Shown here one piece after another: positions 42,121-51,119 of a stretch of DNA of 64,000 nucleotides. The stretch is taken from the NCBI GenBank assembly GCA_021801125.1, contig JAJYYI010000127.1, positions 3,835 to 67,834 on the forward strand. Reading direction: 5' to 3'. Numbering within the stretch: the stretch's first letter is position 1; the number at the start of each line of letters is the position of its first letter. This DNA is from Deltaproteobacteria bacterium. Lineage in GTDB: Bacteria; Desulfobacterota; Binatia; Binatales; Binataceae. A program made the translations under genes and the position numbers. Below the pieces are notes generated by a model that was given only the letters and a program-made list of their open reading frames with translations, was not told the DNA's origin and made no database searches.

Positions 42121-42807
42121 CTAAGCCTTGTCTTTTCCGACGAGGTCTGGGCGGCGCTGAGCGGTGCGCTTGCGCGCTTGTTCGTCGCGCCAGGCGCGTA
42201 TCTTCTGATGGTCACCGCCGAGAAGCACATCGGGCACGCGCTGCCCGCGAAATTCGCGCGGCTTTGTGTACTGCGGGTACTCGAGCGTCGGCCCGCTCAG
42301 GGACTCCTCTTTGAGCGACTCAGGATTTCCCACCGCGCCGGGCACCAGGCGGGTGACGGCCTCGATAATCACCAAGGCGGCCAACTCACCGCCGGCCAGC
42401 ACGTAGTCGCCAATAGAAAGCTCCTGGTCGGCCATGGTCCGGACCCGCTCGTCGATACCCTCGTAGCGGCCGGCGAGCAGGAGGAGGCCAGGTTTATGCT
42501 GGGCCAGGCGTTCCACCTTGGCTTGATTCAGCACCTCGCCCTGGGGCGTCAAAATGATGCGCCAGAGACCGGGCCGACGCTCCAAGGCGGCGTCAAAGGC
42601 TGCCGCGATCGGCTCCGGCCGCATCACCATGCCGTGCCCCCCGCCGTAGGGCGTGTCGTCCACCTGCCGATACCGGCCAAGACCGTAGTTGCGCAGCGAG
42701 TGAAGCACGACGCTGATTAAGCCTGCCTTGATCGCGCGCCCTATCAAACCGCAGCTAAGCGGCGAGTCGAACAAATCAGGGAACAGCGTTACGACATGAA
42801 ACTCCAT
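42121..42807 (-). CDS. trmD: tRNA (guanine37-N1)-methyltransferase
   Basis: VDDTPYGGG, GRYEGIDER, SIGDYVLAGGE, LEYPQYTKP. Confidence 0.97.
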   Translation of the reverse strand: MEFHVVTLFPDLFDSPLSCGLIGRAIKAGLISVVLHSLRNYGLGRYRQVDDTPYGGGHGMVMRPEPIAAAFDAALERRPGLWRIILTPQGEVLNQAKVERLAQHKPGLLLLAGRYEGIDERVRTMADQELSIGDYVLAGGELAALVIIEAVTRLVPGAVGNPESLKEESLSGPTLEYPQYTKPREFRGQRVPDVLLGGDHQKIRAWRDEQARKRTAQRRPDLVGKDKA

Positions 42808-42849
42808 GGAACAAGAACGAACCGGGTCCGGGGTGCCGCTTAACTGGCC

Positions 42850-43407
42850 TTAGTCGAGCAGACCGGGGATAGGCTCGATTGTAACGACGCGATGTTCCAT
42901 GTCCATAGATTTGATGATCTCGTCGACCACCGGCAGCAAGAATTCTCTGCCCTCGCCTTGGACCACCCAAACATCGTGCGCGCCGGTGAAAAATGACTCT
43001 TTGATTCGGCCGATGGCGTGGCCGTTGACAGCGCGTACCTCGCAGCCAAGCGCCTCGAAGTAATAGAACTCATTCGGGGCAGTGGGAGGAAGGTCGCTGA
43101 CTGCAGCCAGCACTGGTGCCCCTCGCATCGCGGCGGCCGCGTCGCAGTCGTTCAGCTCGCACAATCGAACCTTGAAGTGCCCGCGGCCGAGCCTCGCCGC
43201 ATGTACTACACGGTACTCCCGCGTTTGATTGTCCCGCGCTAAGAAGAGACGATGCAAAGTCTCCAGCGCAGAGGCATCGGGGTTATCGCACCTGATTTTA
43301 AGGTCTCCGCGCAGGCCATGAGGCGCCTGCACCGTGCCGAGTCGCACCAGCCTTGGCGGGCCGTCAATGCGCTTGCGCTGCGGTGCGCGGAGCCGGGAGG
43401 TCACCAA
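42850..43407 (-). CDS. rimM: Ribosome maturation factor RimM
   Basis: GTVQAPHGLRG, EFYY...LG, TGAHDV, LLP, PGLL. Confidence 0.93.
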   Translation of the reverse strand: MVTSRLRAPQRKRIDGPPRLVRLGTVQAPHGLRGDLKIRCDNPDASALETLHRLFLARDNQTREYRVVHAARLGRGHFKVRLCELNDCDAAAAMRGAPVLAAVSDLPPTAPNEFYYFEALGCEVRAVNGHAIGRIKESFFTGAHDVWVVQGEGREFLLPVVDEIIKSMDMEHRVVTIEPIPGLLD

Positions 43408-43415
43408 GGAAGCGA

Positions 43416-43652
43416 TTATTTCTCCTCGATGATCTCCAATACAACCTTGCGATTGGTACGCGAGGCGACCGCGTTGAGGATCGTCCGGATCGACTTGGCG
43501 GTGCGCCCTTGCTTGCCAATCACGCGTCCAAGGTCCTCTTTGGCCACGCGCAACTCGAGGACCGAAGCGGTGTCACCTTGTGTCTCGGTTACCTGCACCG
43601 CGTCAGGGTTGTTAACCAGTTGCTTGGCCAGGAACACCACTAGTTCCTTCAT
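43416..43652 (-). CDS. khpA: KH-domain RNA-binding protein
   Basis: [18 protein letters not shown]; lies between rpsP and rimM. Confidence 0.95.
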   Translation of the reverse strand: MKELVVFLAKQLVNNPDAVQVTETQGDTASVLELRVAKEDLGRVIGKQGRTAKSIRTILNAVASRTNRKVVLEIIEEK

Positions 43653-43932
43653 CTTCGGCTCCAGTTAGGGTGGATTTAGGCTTCGGCGCGGGCATCAGCT
43701 GTGCCTTTGCGATCAGATCGACCACGGTCTCGCTCGGCTTGGCGCCCGAGCGCAGCCAGCGCTCTAGCAACTCATTTTTGATGGCTATCGCGGGTGGATC
43801 GGGATTTGGGTCATAAGTACCAACCAGGTCAACGAACCGCCCATCCCGCGGGGCGCGTGAATCCGCAACTACGATTCTATAAAAGGGCCGCTTGCGCGCT
43901 CCATGACGGCGCAAACGGATTACCAGAGACAT
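43612..43932 (-). CDS. rpsP: 30S ribosomal protein S16
   Basis: [30 protein letters not shown]-terminal tail overlaps khpA by 41 nt. Confidence 0.97.
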   Translation of the reverse strand: MSLVIRLRRHGARKRPFYRIVVADSRAPRDGRFVDLVGTYDPNPDPPAIAIKNELLERWLRSGAKPSETVVDLIAKAQLMPAPKPKSTLTGAEDEGTSGVPGQATG

Positions 43933-43959
43933 TTATACTTTCTCCTTCATTAGCTTCGG

Positions 43960-45300
43960 TTAACCACCGAGGCCGAGGCTTCGGGCCAATCCCTTGCCTC
44001 CGCCCATCTTGGTGATTTTCTTCATCACCTTGCGAGTCTGCTCAAACTGCTTTATAAACCGGTTGACTTCTTGCACCGACACGCCGCTACCCGCAGCTAT
44101 TCGGCTGCGGCGCGAAGCATTGAGCAGCGCATGGTTGCGCCGTTCCTGCGGCGTCATCGAGTCGATCATGGCGCGTATCCGCACCAAGTCGCGCTGGGCG
44201 GCGGACGAGTCGGCTTGCGCGGCGATTTTCTTGAAGCCCGGGATCATTCCGAGAAGTTCGCCAAGCGAACCCATTTTCTCGATCGTCTTCATCTGCGCGG
44301 CGAAATCTTCCAGGGTGAACTCGTTCTTGCGTAGTTTGCGCTCCAGCTGCTTGGCCTGGGCCTCGTCGTAGTTGCGTTGAGTTCGCTCGACCAGCGTCAG
44401 GATATCGCCCATCCCGAGGATGCGCGTGGCGAGGCGATCGGGATGGAAGATCTCGAACGCCTCCAGCTTTTCGCCGGTCGCGGCAAACAGAATCGGCGCG
44501 CCGGTGATCAGGCGAATCGACAGAGCGGCGCCACCACGGGCGTCGCTGTCCAGCTTGGTCAGAATGAGTCCCGAGAGAGTGAGCCGTTCATGAAAGCCGC
44601 GCGCCACGTTGGCCGCTTCCTGGCCGGTCATCGCGTCGGCGACCAGAATGATATGGTGCGGCTGGACCAGCGCCTTAAGCCGCACCAACTCGTCCATCAG
44701 CTCTTCGTCGATCTGGAGCCGGCCGGCGGTATCAAAAATCACCGCATCGTTTCCGCGAACCTGGGCTTGCACCAACGCGCGCGAAGCGATCTCCAGTGGC
44801 GCTTCCTGCTCCGACGCCTCAAGTACCGCAACGCCTATCTGGGCGCCGAGCACGCGCAACTGTTCGATCGCCGCAGGTCGATAGACGTCCAAGGGCGCCA
44901 ACATCGGATGGCGCCCCGCTTCAGCCTTGAGCCATCTCGCCAACTTCGCCGCCGAAGTGGTCTTACCGCAGCCCTGCAGTCCGACCAGCATGATTTTTAC
45001 CGGCGGCTTGAACTTGAGCTCCAGAGGCTGCGCCTGCCCGCCCATCGCGCGGCGCAACTCCTCGTAAACGAACTTTATGAAGTGCTGCTCGCGGGTCAGC
45101 GATTGCAGCACCTTCTGCCCGAGTGCCTCCCTGCGGACGTGCTCGATAAATTCGCGCACGACCTTCAGGTTAACGTCGGCGTCTAGGAGGGCGAGCCTTA
45201 TCTCGCGAAGCGCGTCCTCGATGTTGCGCTCCGTGATACGGCCTTGGCCGGAAAGATTTTTGAAAAGCGCTTCGAAGCGCTGGGTCAGATTCTCAAACAT
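43960..45300 (-). CDS. ffh: Signal recognition particle protein
   Basis: GLQGCGKTT, DVYRPAA, DTAGR, TKLD, M domain. Confidence 0.97.
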   Translation of the reverse strand: MFENLTQRFEALFKNLSGQGRITERNIEDALREIRLALLDADVNLKVVREFIEHVRREALGQKVLQSLTREQHFIKFVYEELRRAMGGQAQPLELKFKPPVKIMLVGLQGCGKTTSAAKLARWLKAEAGRHPMLAPLDVYRPAAIEQLRVLGAQIGVAVLEASEQEAPLEIASRALVQAQVRGNDAVIFDTAGRLQIDEELMDELVRLKALVQPHHIILVADAMTGQEAANVARGFHERLTLSGLILTKLDSDARGGAALSIRLITGAPILFAATGEKLEAFEIFHPDRLATRILGMGDILTLVERTQRNYDEAQAKQLERKLRKNEFTLEDFAAQMKTIEKMGSLGELLGMIPGFKKIAAQADSSAAQRDLVRIRAMIDSMTPQERRNHALLNASRRSRIAAGSGVSVQEVNRFIKQFEQTRKVMKKITKMGGGKGLARSLGLGG

Positions 45301-45448
45301 CCGCGCTGCCCAAAAAATGACCTAGGTCGCTAGCTAAGACGCCGACCTCGTAAACCGGAAGCACCAAAACAAACCCAAAAGGAAAATAACCCAATACTAG
45401 CAAAGCGCCGCTCTCATGCTAGAGGCGTGTTTGTCCAAACGGCACGCT

Positions 45449-45904
45449 TCATGCCCTGCCACGAATCGCCCAAGTTGAGCTCGCCGCCAGGGCTTTCTGC
45501 CCGTCGGCCGACGAAACCAATGCCTCGAGGAAGGCAAGCCCCCGCGAACGATGAACCACGCGGGCCGAACCCTCGATCGGGCCGGGCGCCAAGGCGCGCA
45601 TGAAGGCGAGCTTGACCTCGATAGTCACCGCCCACTCGCCTTCGTCCAGCACGGAGGCGATAGCGGTCGCGAACAACTCGTCTGCAAATACCCCCAAATA
45701 CCCTCCCTGGATCGTCCCAAAATGGTTAAGTACGCTGGACGGCTGCTCGTCCCAAGTCCATCTCGACGCGCCGACCTCGAAGCTCGCCGGACGCATTCCA
45801 AGCTTAAGGTTTTCCGAACGATAACGCCCAATCTCCCCTTCGCGGACCACCCGGTTAAGCTCGCTCAGCGCCGAAAAATGCTTTTTCTCCGAAGCCCGGC
45901 TCAT
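45449..45904 (-). CDS. PaaI-family hotdog thioesterase
   Basis: LNHFGTIQGGY...AD, TIEVKLAFMR. Confidence 0.85.
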   Translation of the reverse strand: MSRASEKKHFSALSELNRVVREGEIGRYRSENLKLGMRPASFEVGASRWTWDEQPSSVLNHFGTIQGGYLGVFADELFATAIASVLDEGEWAVTIEVKLAFMRALAPGPIEGSARVVHRSRGLAFLEALVSSADGQKALAASSTWAIRGRA

Positions 45905-46235
45905 TGGCGGTCAGGCTGATTAACATAGCGGAATGCCCGGTGAAGCGTAAGCTCCAAAAAACCGGGGCTTCCGTCTCGGGCAAAAGACGGAACCAATTGA
46001 TGACGGTTGGCCGGATAATGCCTTACCCGGGTATCGAGCGGTTCGACGCCCTGAGACCAATCTCGGGGCCGGACAACGCGACGTACGGCGCCGCAGATCG
46101 ACGAGGAATCCTTCGAGAAGAACTACCTGCCTTTAACACACCGAATCGTGGCGACACGTCCGGGCATCACCGGTAAATGCGCCAATGCAGACTCGCACGA
46201 GGCAACCGCTTATCCGATTCTCCGCCAGAGATCGA

Positions 46236-47798
46236 TCAGCCATGCGCTCGATCAAGCGACCGATATTGGATTGCTTCGCTGACGTGATGGGCTTCGATTT
46301 GGGATGCACTGTCCAGGTCGGCAATGGTGCGTGCCACTTTCAAAATTCTAGCATAGGCCCGCGCGCTAAGGCCAAGTCGATTGATGGCCAACTCCAGCAA
46401 CCGCTCGCCGGCGCGATCAACTTGGCAAAACTCGCGAACCTCTCGCGCACGCATCTGGGCATTGCAGAAAAGTCCTCGTTCGGCGAAGCGCTGCACCTGC
46501 ACGCGACGCGCCGCGTCGACCCGTTCGCGGATGGCGGCTGAACTTTCGCCTTCTCTGCGATCCGTTAGCTCCTTGTATCTTACCGCCGGAACCTCGATGT
46601 GGATATCGATCCGGTCCAGCAGCGGCCCGGAGATACGCGAGCGGTAGCGCTGAATCATGATCGGCGTGCAAGTGCATTCATGCTGCCGGTCAGTGTAGAA
46701 GCCGCACGGACACGGGTTCATCGCGGCAACCAGCATCACGTTGGCGGGAAACGTCACGGTCCCCATGACGCGCGCGATGGTGATTCGGCTCTCTTCAAGC
46801 GGCTGGCGCAGCACCTCCAAAACATTTTTTCGGAACTCGGGCAGTTCGTCGAGAAACAGCACGCCGTGGTGAGCCAAGCTGACTTCGCCGGGCCGCGGCA
46901 GCGGACCGCCGCCGACCAGGCCGGCGTCCGATATAGTGTGATGGGGCGCGCGGAACGGACGCGTCGCAATCAGCGCTCGACCATCCATCAGGCCCGCCAC
47001 GCTATGCACCTTGGTGGTTTCGATAGACTCCTCGAAGGTCATCGCCGGCAGGATCGTGGGAATTCTCTTAGCGAGCATCGTTTTCCCCGCCCCAGGCGGA
47101 CCGATCATGAGCACGTTATGGCCGCCGGCGGCGGCGACTTCGATCGCCCGCTTAGCCTGCTCCTGTCCCCGGACCTCGTTAAAGTCTAAGTCATACAGCG
47201 CGGCGCTCTCGAAGAGTTGCGTGAGCTTAACCTGAGTTGGCTGAAGCTCTCTAAGGCCGTCAAAGAACTCCACGGCCTCGCTCAGGTTATTAACCGCCAG
47301 AACCGATGTCGGCTCGCCGACAACCGCCGCTTCCTGCGCGTTTTCCTGGGGAAGCACCACGCCGGAATATCCGCCGGCGCGCGCCAGCAGCGCGGTGGGC
47401 AAGGCGCCACGGATACTTTTGACCCGTCCGTCGAGGGCAAGCTCGCCGACAACCAGATATTGCCTGAGCCGGTCGGCCTTGATGACGCCTGAAGCGGCCA
47501 GGATCCCCAGGGCGATAGGCAGGTCGAATCCCGAGCCTTCCTTGCGTGTATCCGCGGGCGCGAGATTGATCGTAATCTTGCGATTGGGAAACTCAAAGCC
47601 GGAGTTCTTGATCGCCGACTTAACTCGTTCCTGAGCCTCTCGCACCGCACCTTCCGCGAGGCCGACGGTCTTAAGCCCGGGCAAGCCACTGCTCAGGTCT
47701 ATTTCGACCTCCACCGGGTAGGCATCAACTCCGAACAATGCGGTTGATAAAGTGCTGGCGAGCACAGAAAATCGCCGCTCCCCACTCAAGAAAGACAA
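46236..47798 (-). CDS. comM: YifB/ComM Mg-chelatase-like AAA ATPase
   Basis: [52 protein letters not shown]. Confidence 0.95.
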   Translation of the reverse strand: MSFLSGERRFSVLASTLSTALFGVDAYPVEVEIDLSSGLPGLKTVGLAEGAVREAQERVKSAIKNSGFEFPNRKITINLAPADTRKEGSGFDLPIALGILAASGVIKADRLRQYLVVGELALDGRVKSIRGALPTALLARAGGYSGVVLPQENAQEAAVVGEPTSVLAVNNLSEAVEFFDGLRELQPTQVKLTQLFESAALYDLDFNEVRGQEQAKRAIEVAAAGGHNVLMIGPPGAGKTMLAKRIPTILPAMTFEESIETTKVHSVAGLMDGRALIATRPFRAPHHTISDAGLVGGGPLPRPGEVSLAHHGVLFLDELPEFRKNVLEVLRQPLEESRITIARVMGTVTFPANVMLVAAMNPCPCGFYTDRQHECTCTPIMIQRYRSRISGPLLDRIDIHIEVPAVRYKELTDRREGESSAAIRERVDAARRVQVQRFAERGLFCNAQMRAREVREFCQVDRAGERLLELAINRLGLSARAYARILKVARTIADLDSASQIEAHHVSEAIQYRSLDRAHG

Positions 47799-47939
47799 CG
47801 CGATAGTACAACGGAAGCGGCCATTCGAGCAGGCTGCTTAATCCGAAAGTACCAGGCGAGCGTTAGACCTCTTTGGTGGCAGCTGCCAACCCTCGACCGG
47901 CGCGCCTGAGACGCGGCACGCCTAAGATGTCGCTGCCAG

Positions 47940-49151
47940 TTATTGCCATATCGCGCCGGCAGCCGCTAAGGCGTCGCGCTCACCGCGCGTAAGCCCGAGC
48001 ACTTCCCCCAGCACGTAATCGTTATCGTCACCGACGTCCGGCGTGCATCGCGCCTTTGGTAAAGGCGCGTCGGAAAGCCTGAACGGCACGCCTGTCACCC
48101 GCAGCGCCGAACCGTCGGGCAGCGTGACGGGCATCCAAAAGCCGCGCGCCTCTAGCTGCGGATTGCGCGCGCATAAATCAGCCCCGTTCGCGACCAAGCC
48201 GGCGGCCACGCCGTGGCGCTGCAGAAGCTCCATAGCCTTCACGGCGTCATGCGCGCGCGTCCATCGTTCCACATGCGCGTCGAGTTCCGTACGGTTGCGC
48301 ATGCGCAAGAACAAGCTCGCGAACTTTGGCTCGACGGCCCACGCCGGCGAGCCTATCGCGTTTACGAACGCTCGCCATTCGGAGTGTGTGCGCACCGAAA
48401 GCGCTAGCCACCGGTCGTCATCTTCCGCCAGCGAGCGACAGCGGTAAACCCCGTGCGGCGCCGCGGGCCCCTCGGGCATGCTCGTCGCTTGAGGACTTTG
48501 GCTGCGCTCATTAACCGAGCTATCCAACAACGCAGGCCCGATTACGGCGGCCAAGCTTTCAAACTGGGAGAGATCGATGAACTGACCGCGGCCGGTCTTC
48601 TTGCGATGCCATAGCGCGAAGAGCGCCGCCAGCGCGCCGCTGTAGCCGCCCGCCATGTCAGCATACGAATAGCCGTAACCGGCCGGCTCCCCGCGCCGGC
48701 TCGCCATCATTAATGTAAATCCTGCAAGCGCTTGCAGCGTCGGACCATAGCTGACGTAGTTGGCACGAGGGCCGCTATGCCCGAAGCCGGACATGCTGAT
48801 GCATATAATGTCCGACTTGACCCTCGTAAGGCTTTCATAATCCATTCCCCACTGCTTCATCACACGAGCGGAGAAATTGTCGATCACGATATCGCTCTTG
48901 GCGACCAGCCGGCGCGCCAGTTCCACCCCTTGGGCCGTCGCCATATTGATCGCCACTGAGCGCTTGGAGCGATTGATATCACCCTGCAGCCCGGTTCGAC
49001 GCGGCCCGAGCGCGTCGGCGCCTTCGATCTTACGCTCGATCTTGATCACCTCCGCGCCTTGGTCGGCGAGGATTCGCGTGGCGACCGGGCCCGCCACCAC
49101 CCAGGTAAAGTCGGCCACGCGCACACCCTCCAGTGGAGCACGCCGTTGCAT
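47940..49151 (-). CDS. Class III CoA-transferase (CaiB/BaiF), catalytic BbsF-like subunit
   Basis: PLEGVRVADFTWVVAGP, GAEVIKIE, SGFGHSGP, YSYAD (catalytic Asp position). Confidence 0.9.
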   Translation of the reverse strand: MQRRAPLEGVRVADFTWVVAGPVATRILADQGAEVIKIERKIEGADALGPRRTGLQGDINRSKRSVAINMATAQGVELARRLVAKSDIVIDNFSARVMKQWGMDYESLTRVKSDIICISMSGFGHSGPRANYVSYGPTLQALAGFTLMMASRRGEPAGYGYSYADMAGGYSGALAALFALWHRKKTGRGQFIDLSQFESLAAVIGPALLDSSVNERSQSPQATSMPEGPAAPHGVYRCRSLAEDDDRWLALSVRTHSEWRAFVNAIGSPAWAVEPKFASLFLRMRNRTELDAHVERWTRAHDAVKAMELLQRHGVAAGLVANGADLCARNPQLEARGFWMPVTLPDGSALRVTGVPFRLSDAPLPKARCTPDVGDDNDYVLGEVLGLTRGERDALAAAGAIWQ

Positions 49152-50353
49152 CAGATCACTCCTTGAACGGAGAGCGCGGCTAACTCGTCGGGCGAGAGCC
49201 CAAGCTCGTCACGCAAGATTTCACCCGTATGCTCGCCCAGCAGCGGAGGCCGACGATAAACTTTGCCCGCGGTTGCCGAGAACATGTAGGGTGCGCCCGG
49301 ATAGCGCAACTTACGCCCAAGTTCCGGATGCTCGACCTCGAAAAAGAATCGGCGCGAGAGAAGCTGCTCGTCATCAAGCAACTCTTCGGGAGCTTGCACG
49401 CTGGCGTAGGGTATGCGCAGCGCTTGCGCTCGCGCAAGCAGCTCGTCTCTGAAATACGGTCGCACCCATTGGTCCAGAATGTCGAACAGGCGCTCAGCGC
49501 GTTCCTTGCGGTAGGTGACTTCTTCCCATTGCGGACCGGTCAGTTCCTGCGCCGCGCCGTCCCCCGCGACCCATTCGACCAACGAGGTCCAGTCGCCCAG
49601 CGTGCAATGCATCACGTAGCCGTCGCGGCATCGCCCGACCCTGAAATAGCGCGTCCAATGCAGACTTCCGCGCCGCTGCTGCACGACTCCGTCGCTCATG
49701 TAGCTGGGGGCGACATGCTCCACTGCGCTCGCCGTAGCCTCTAGAATGCTCACGTCCACCCATTGGCCAACTCCGTCGCGCTCGCGCGCCAGCAACGCAC
49801 ACATCGTTGCGATCGCGCCGTAGTAGGCGCCGCTGTGATAGGCCTGGAGCCCCAAAGGACGCACCGGCGCCTCCTCGGGAAAGCCGTTGACGTAGATCAT
49901 CCCGCCAAGCGCGGTCAAAACCAGGTCGTCGGCCTTGTAGTCACGCCATGGCCCGCTTTGCCCAAAAGGAGAGATCGAGCACAGCACAAGGCTGGGATTG
50001 AGCCGATGCAGGTCTGCCCAGCCCAGGCCCACCCGTTCCATATAGCCTGGGGCGAAGCTTTCGATCACCACGTCGGCCGAGCCGGCCAGCGAGCGCAAAA
50101 GCTCGATACCGCGCTCGTGGCTCAAGTCGAGCGTAAGGGAGCGCTTGTTAAGGTTGTAATTCCAGAAAAAGAGGCTGCGGTCGCGATGCGGGCGGTCGTC
50201 AAGAAACGGACCGATACGACGCGAGTCGGCGCCATCCGGCGGCTCGACCAATATAACGTCGGCGCCCATGTCGGCGAAAAGCTTGCCGCATAGCGCCGCA
50301 CGCCGGTCCGTGAGATCTAAAACCCGTAGCCCAGCAAGCGCGCTCATGGTCAC
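49151..50353 (-). CDS. Class III CoA-transferase (CaiB/BaiF), BbsE-like subunit lacking the catalytic Asp
   Basis: LAGLRVLDL, CGKLFADMGADVILVEPP, SPFGQSGP; GLQAYH at the position where Asp is expected. Confidence 0.88.
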   Translation of the reverse strand: MTMSALAGLRVLDLTDRRAALCGKLFADMGADVILVEPPDGADSRRIGPFLDDRPHRDRSLFFWNYNLNKRSLTLDLSHERGIELLRSLAGSADVVIESFAPGYMERVGLGWADLHRLNPSLVLCSISPFGQSGPWRDYKADDLVLTALGGMIYVNGFPEEAPVRPLGLQAYHSGAYYGAIATMCALLARERDGVGQWVDVSILEATASAVEHVAPSYMSDGVVQQRRGSLHWTRYFRVGRCRDGYVMHCTLGDWTSLVEWVAGDGAAQELTGPQWEEVTYRKERAERLFDILDQWVRPYFRDELLARAQALRIPYASVQAPEELLDDEQLLSRRFFFEVEHPELGRKLRYPGAPYMFSATAGKVYRRPPLLGEHTGEILRDELGLSPDELAALSVQGVI

Positions 50354-50362
50354 GCTGAAGAT

Positions 50363-50617
50363 TCAATCTCGCCTGGACCGATCAAGCGCGGGAGGCTCCG
50401 GCGCGAAAAAAGGGCTAAAGTCGAGCGTGGGCTTAATCTCCTCGAGCTTTTTCCCCTTGGGATCAGTGCGTTCCCCGCCCCGTACGCGGATGGTCTCGAA
50501 GGTATCCGGATTGACCCATCGCACCCCCATCGCGCACGGTTTGGCCTGACCCGCTTCGTCCACCGGTTCCAGTGCGCGCCCTTCATGATCGAAGAACGTT
50601 ACAAGCCGCAGTGCCAT
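50363..50617 (-). CDS. Small hypothetical protein, first gene of the CoA-transferase operon
   Basis: 84-aa ATG ORF with globular composition, ending 9 nt before the next ORF. Confidence 0.65.
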   Translation of the reverse strand: MALRLVTFFDHEGRALEPVDEAGQAKPCAMGVRWVNPDTFETIRVRGGERTDPKGKKLEEIKPTLDFSPFFAPEPPALDRSRRD

Positions 50618-51119
50618 GATTTCAATTGTTGCTAACTTGAAAGCAGTTAGTGTCAGCGTCTTTACTATTAATAGCTTTAGGCAACCACCCGTTTCAATCC
50701 GCCCGATTCCCGCTGCCCGTTCTGCAGTCCCGCCGCACCGGGGAATGATTCAAGTATTCGCCACGATTCTGTTAAACTGGCCCTCGTTCGTCAGGCCAGT
50801 TTAAGCGCTTCGAGCGCAAACGTGGAATTTGCCAAAGAGCGCTTGCCGCGCGGCTTGCGAAGCGCGCATACGCCGCGGTTCGTTTTAGCCTTGCCTAGAG
50901 AACGGCCTGCCGGACGAACGCTTCGGGCCTAACATTCAGCGTAACCCGGCCCTTAGCTCCGGTACAGGCGGCGTGTTAGAGCTGGTGCGCACGCGTTGCC
51001 GATTAACAGGGATGGTTAGTTTCGGCGTGAGATCACCGATTGAAGCCCGATAACTTGATTCGAAGGCGCGTCGCCGACTACGCTCCCACAATCTCATCCA
51101 TGCCGTAAGTTCGAGTACC

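Noticed and set aside
43612..43652. 41-nt rpsP/khpA overlap
   Set aside because: Explained by a variable S16 C-terminal tail; both genes are intact.
50620..51119. T-box riboswitch upstream of ileS
   Set aside because: No T-box consensus (GGTGG.ACCGCG) or terminator recognised.
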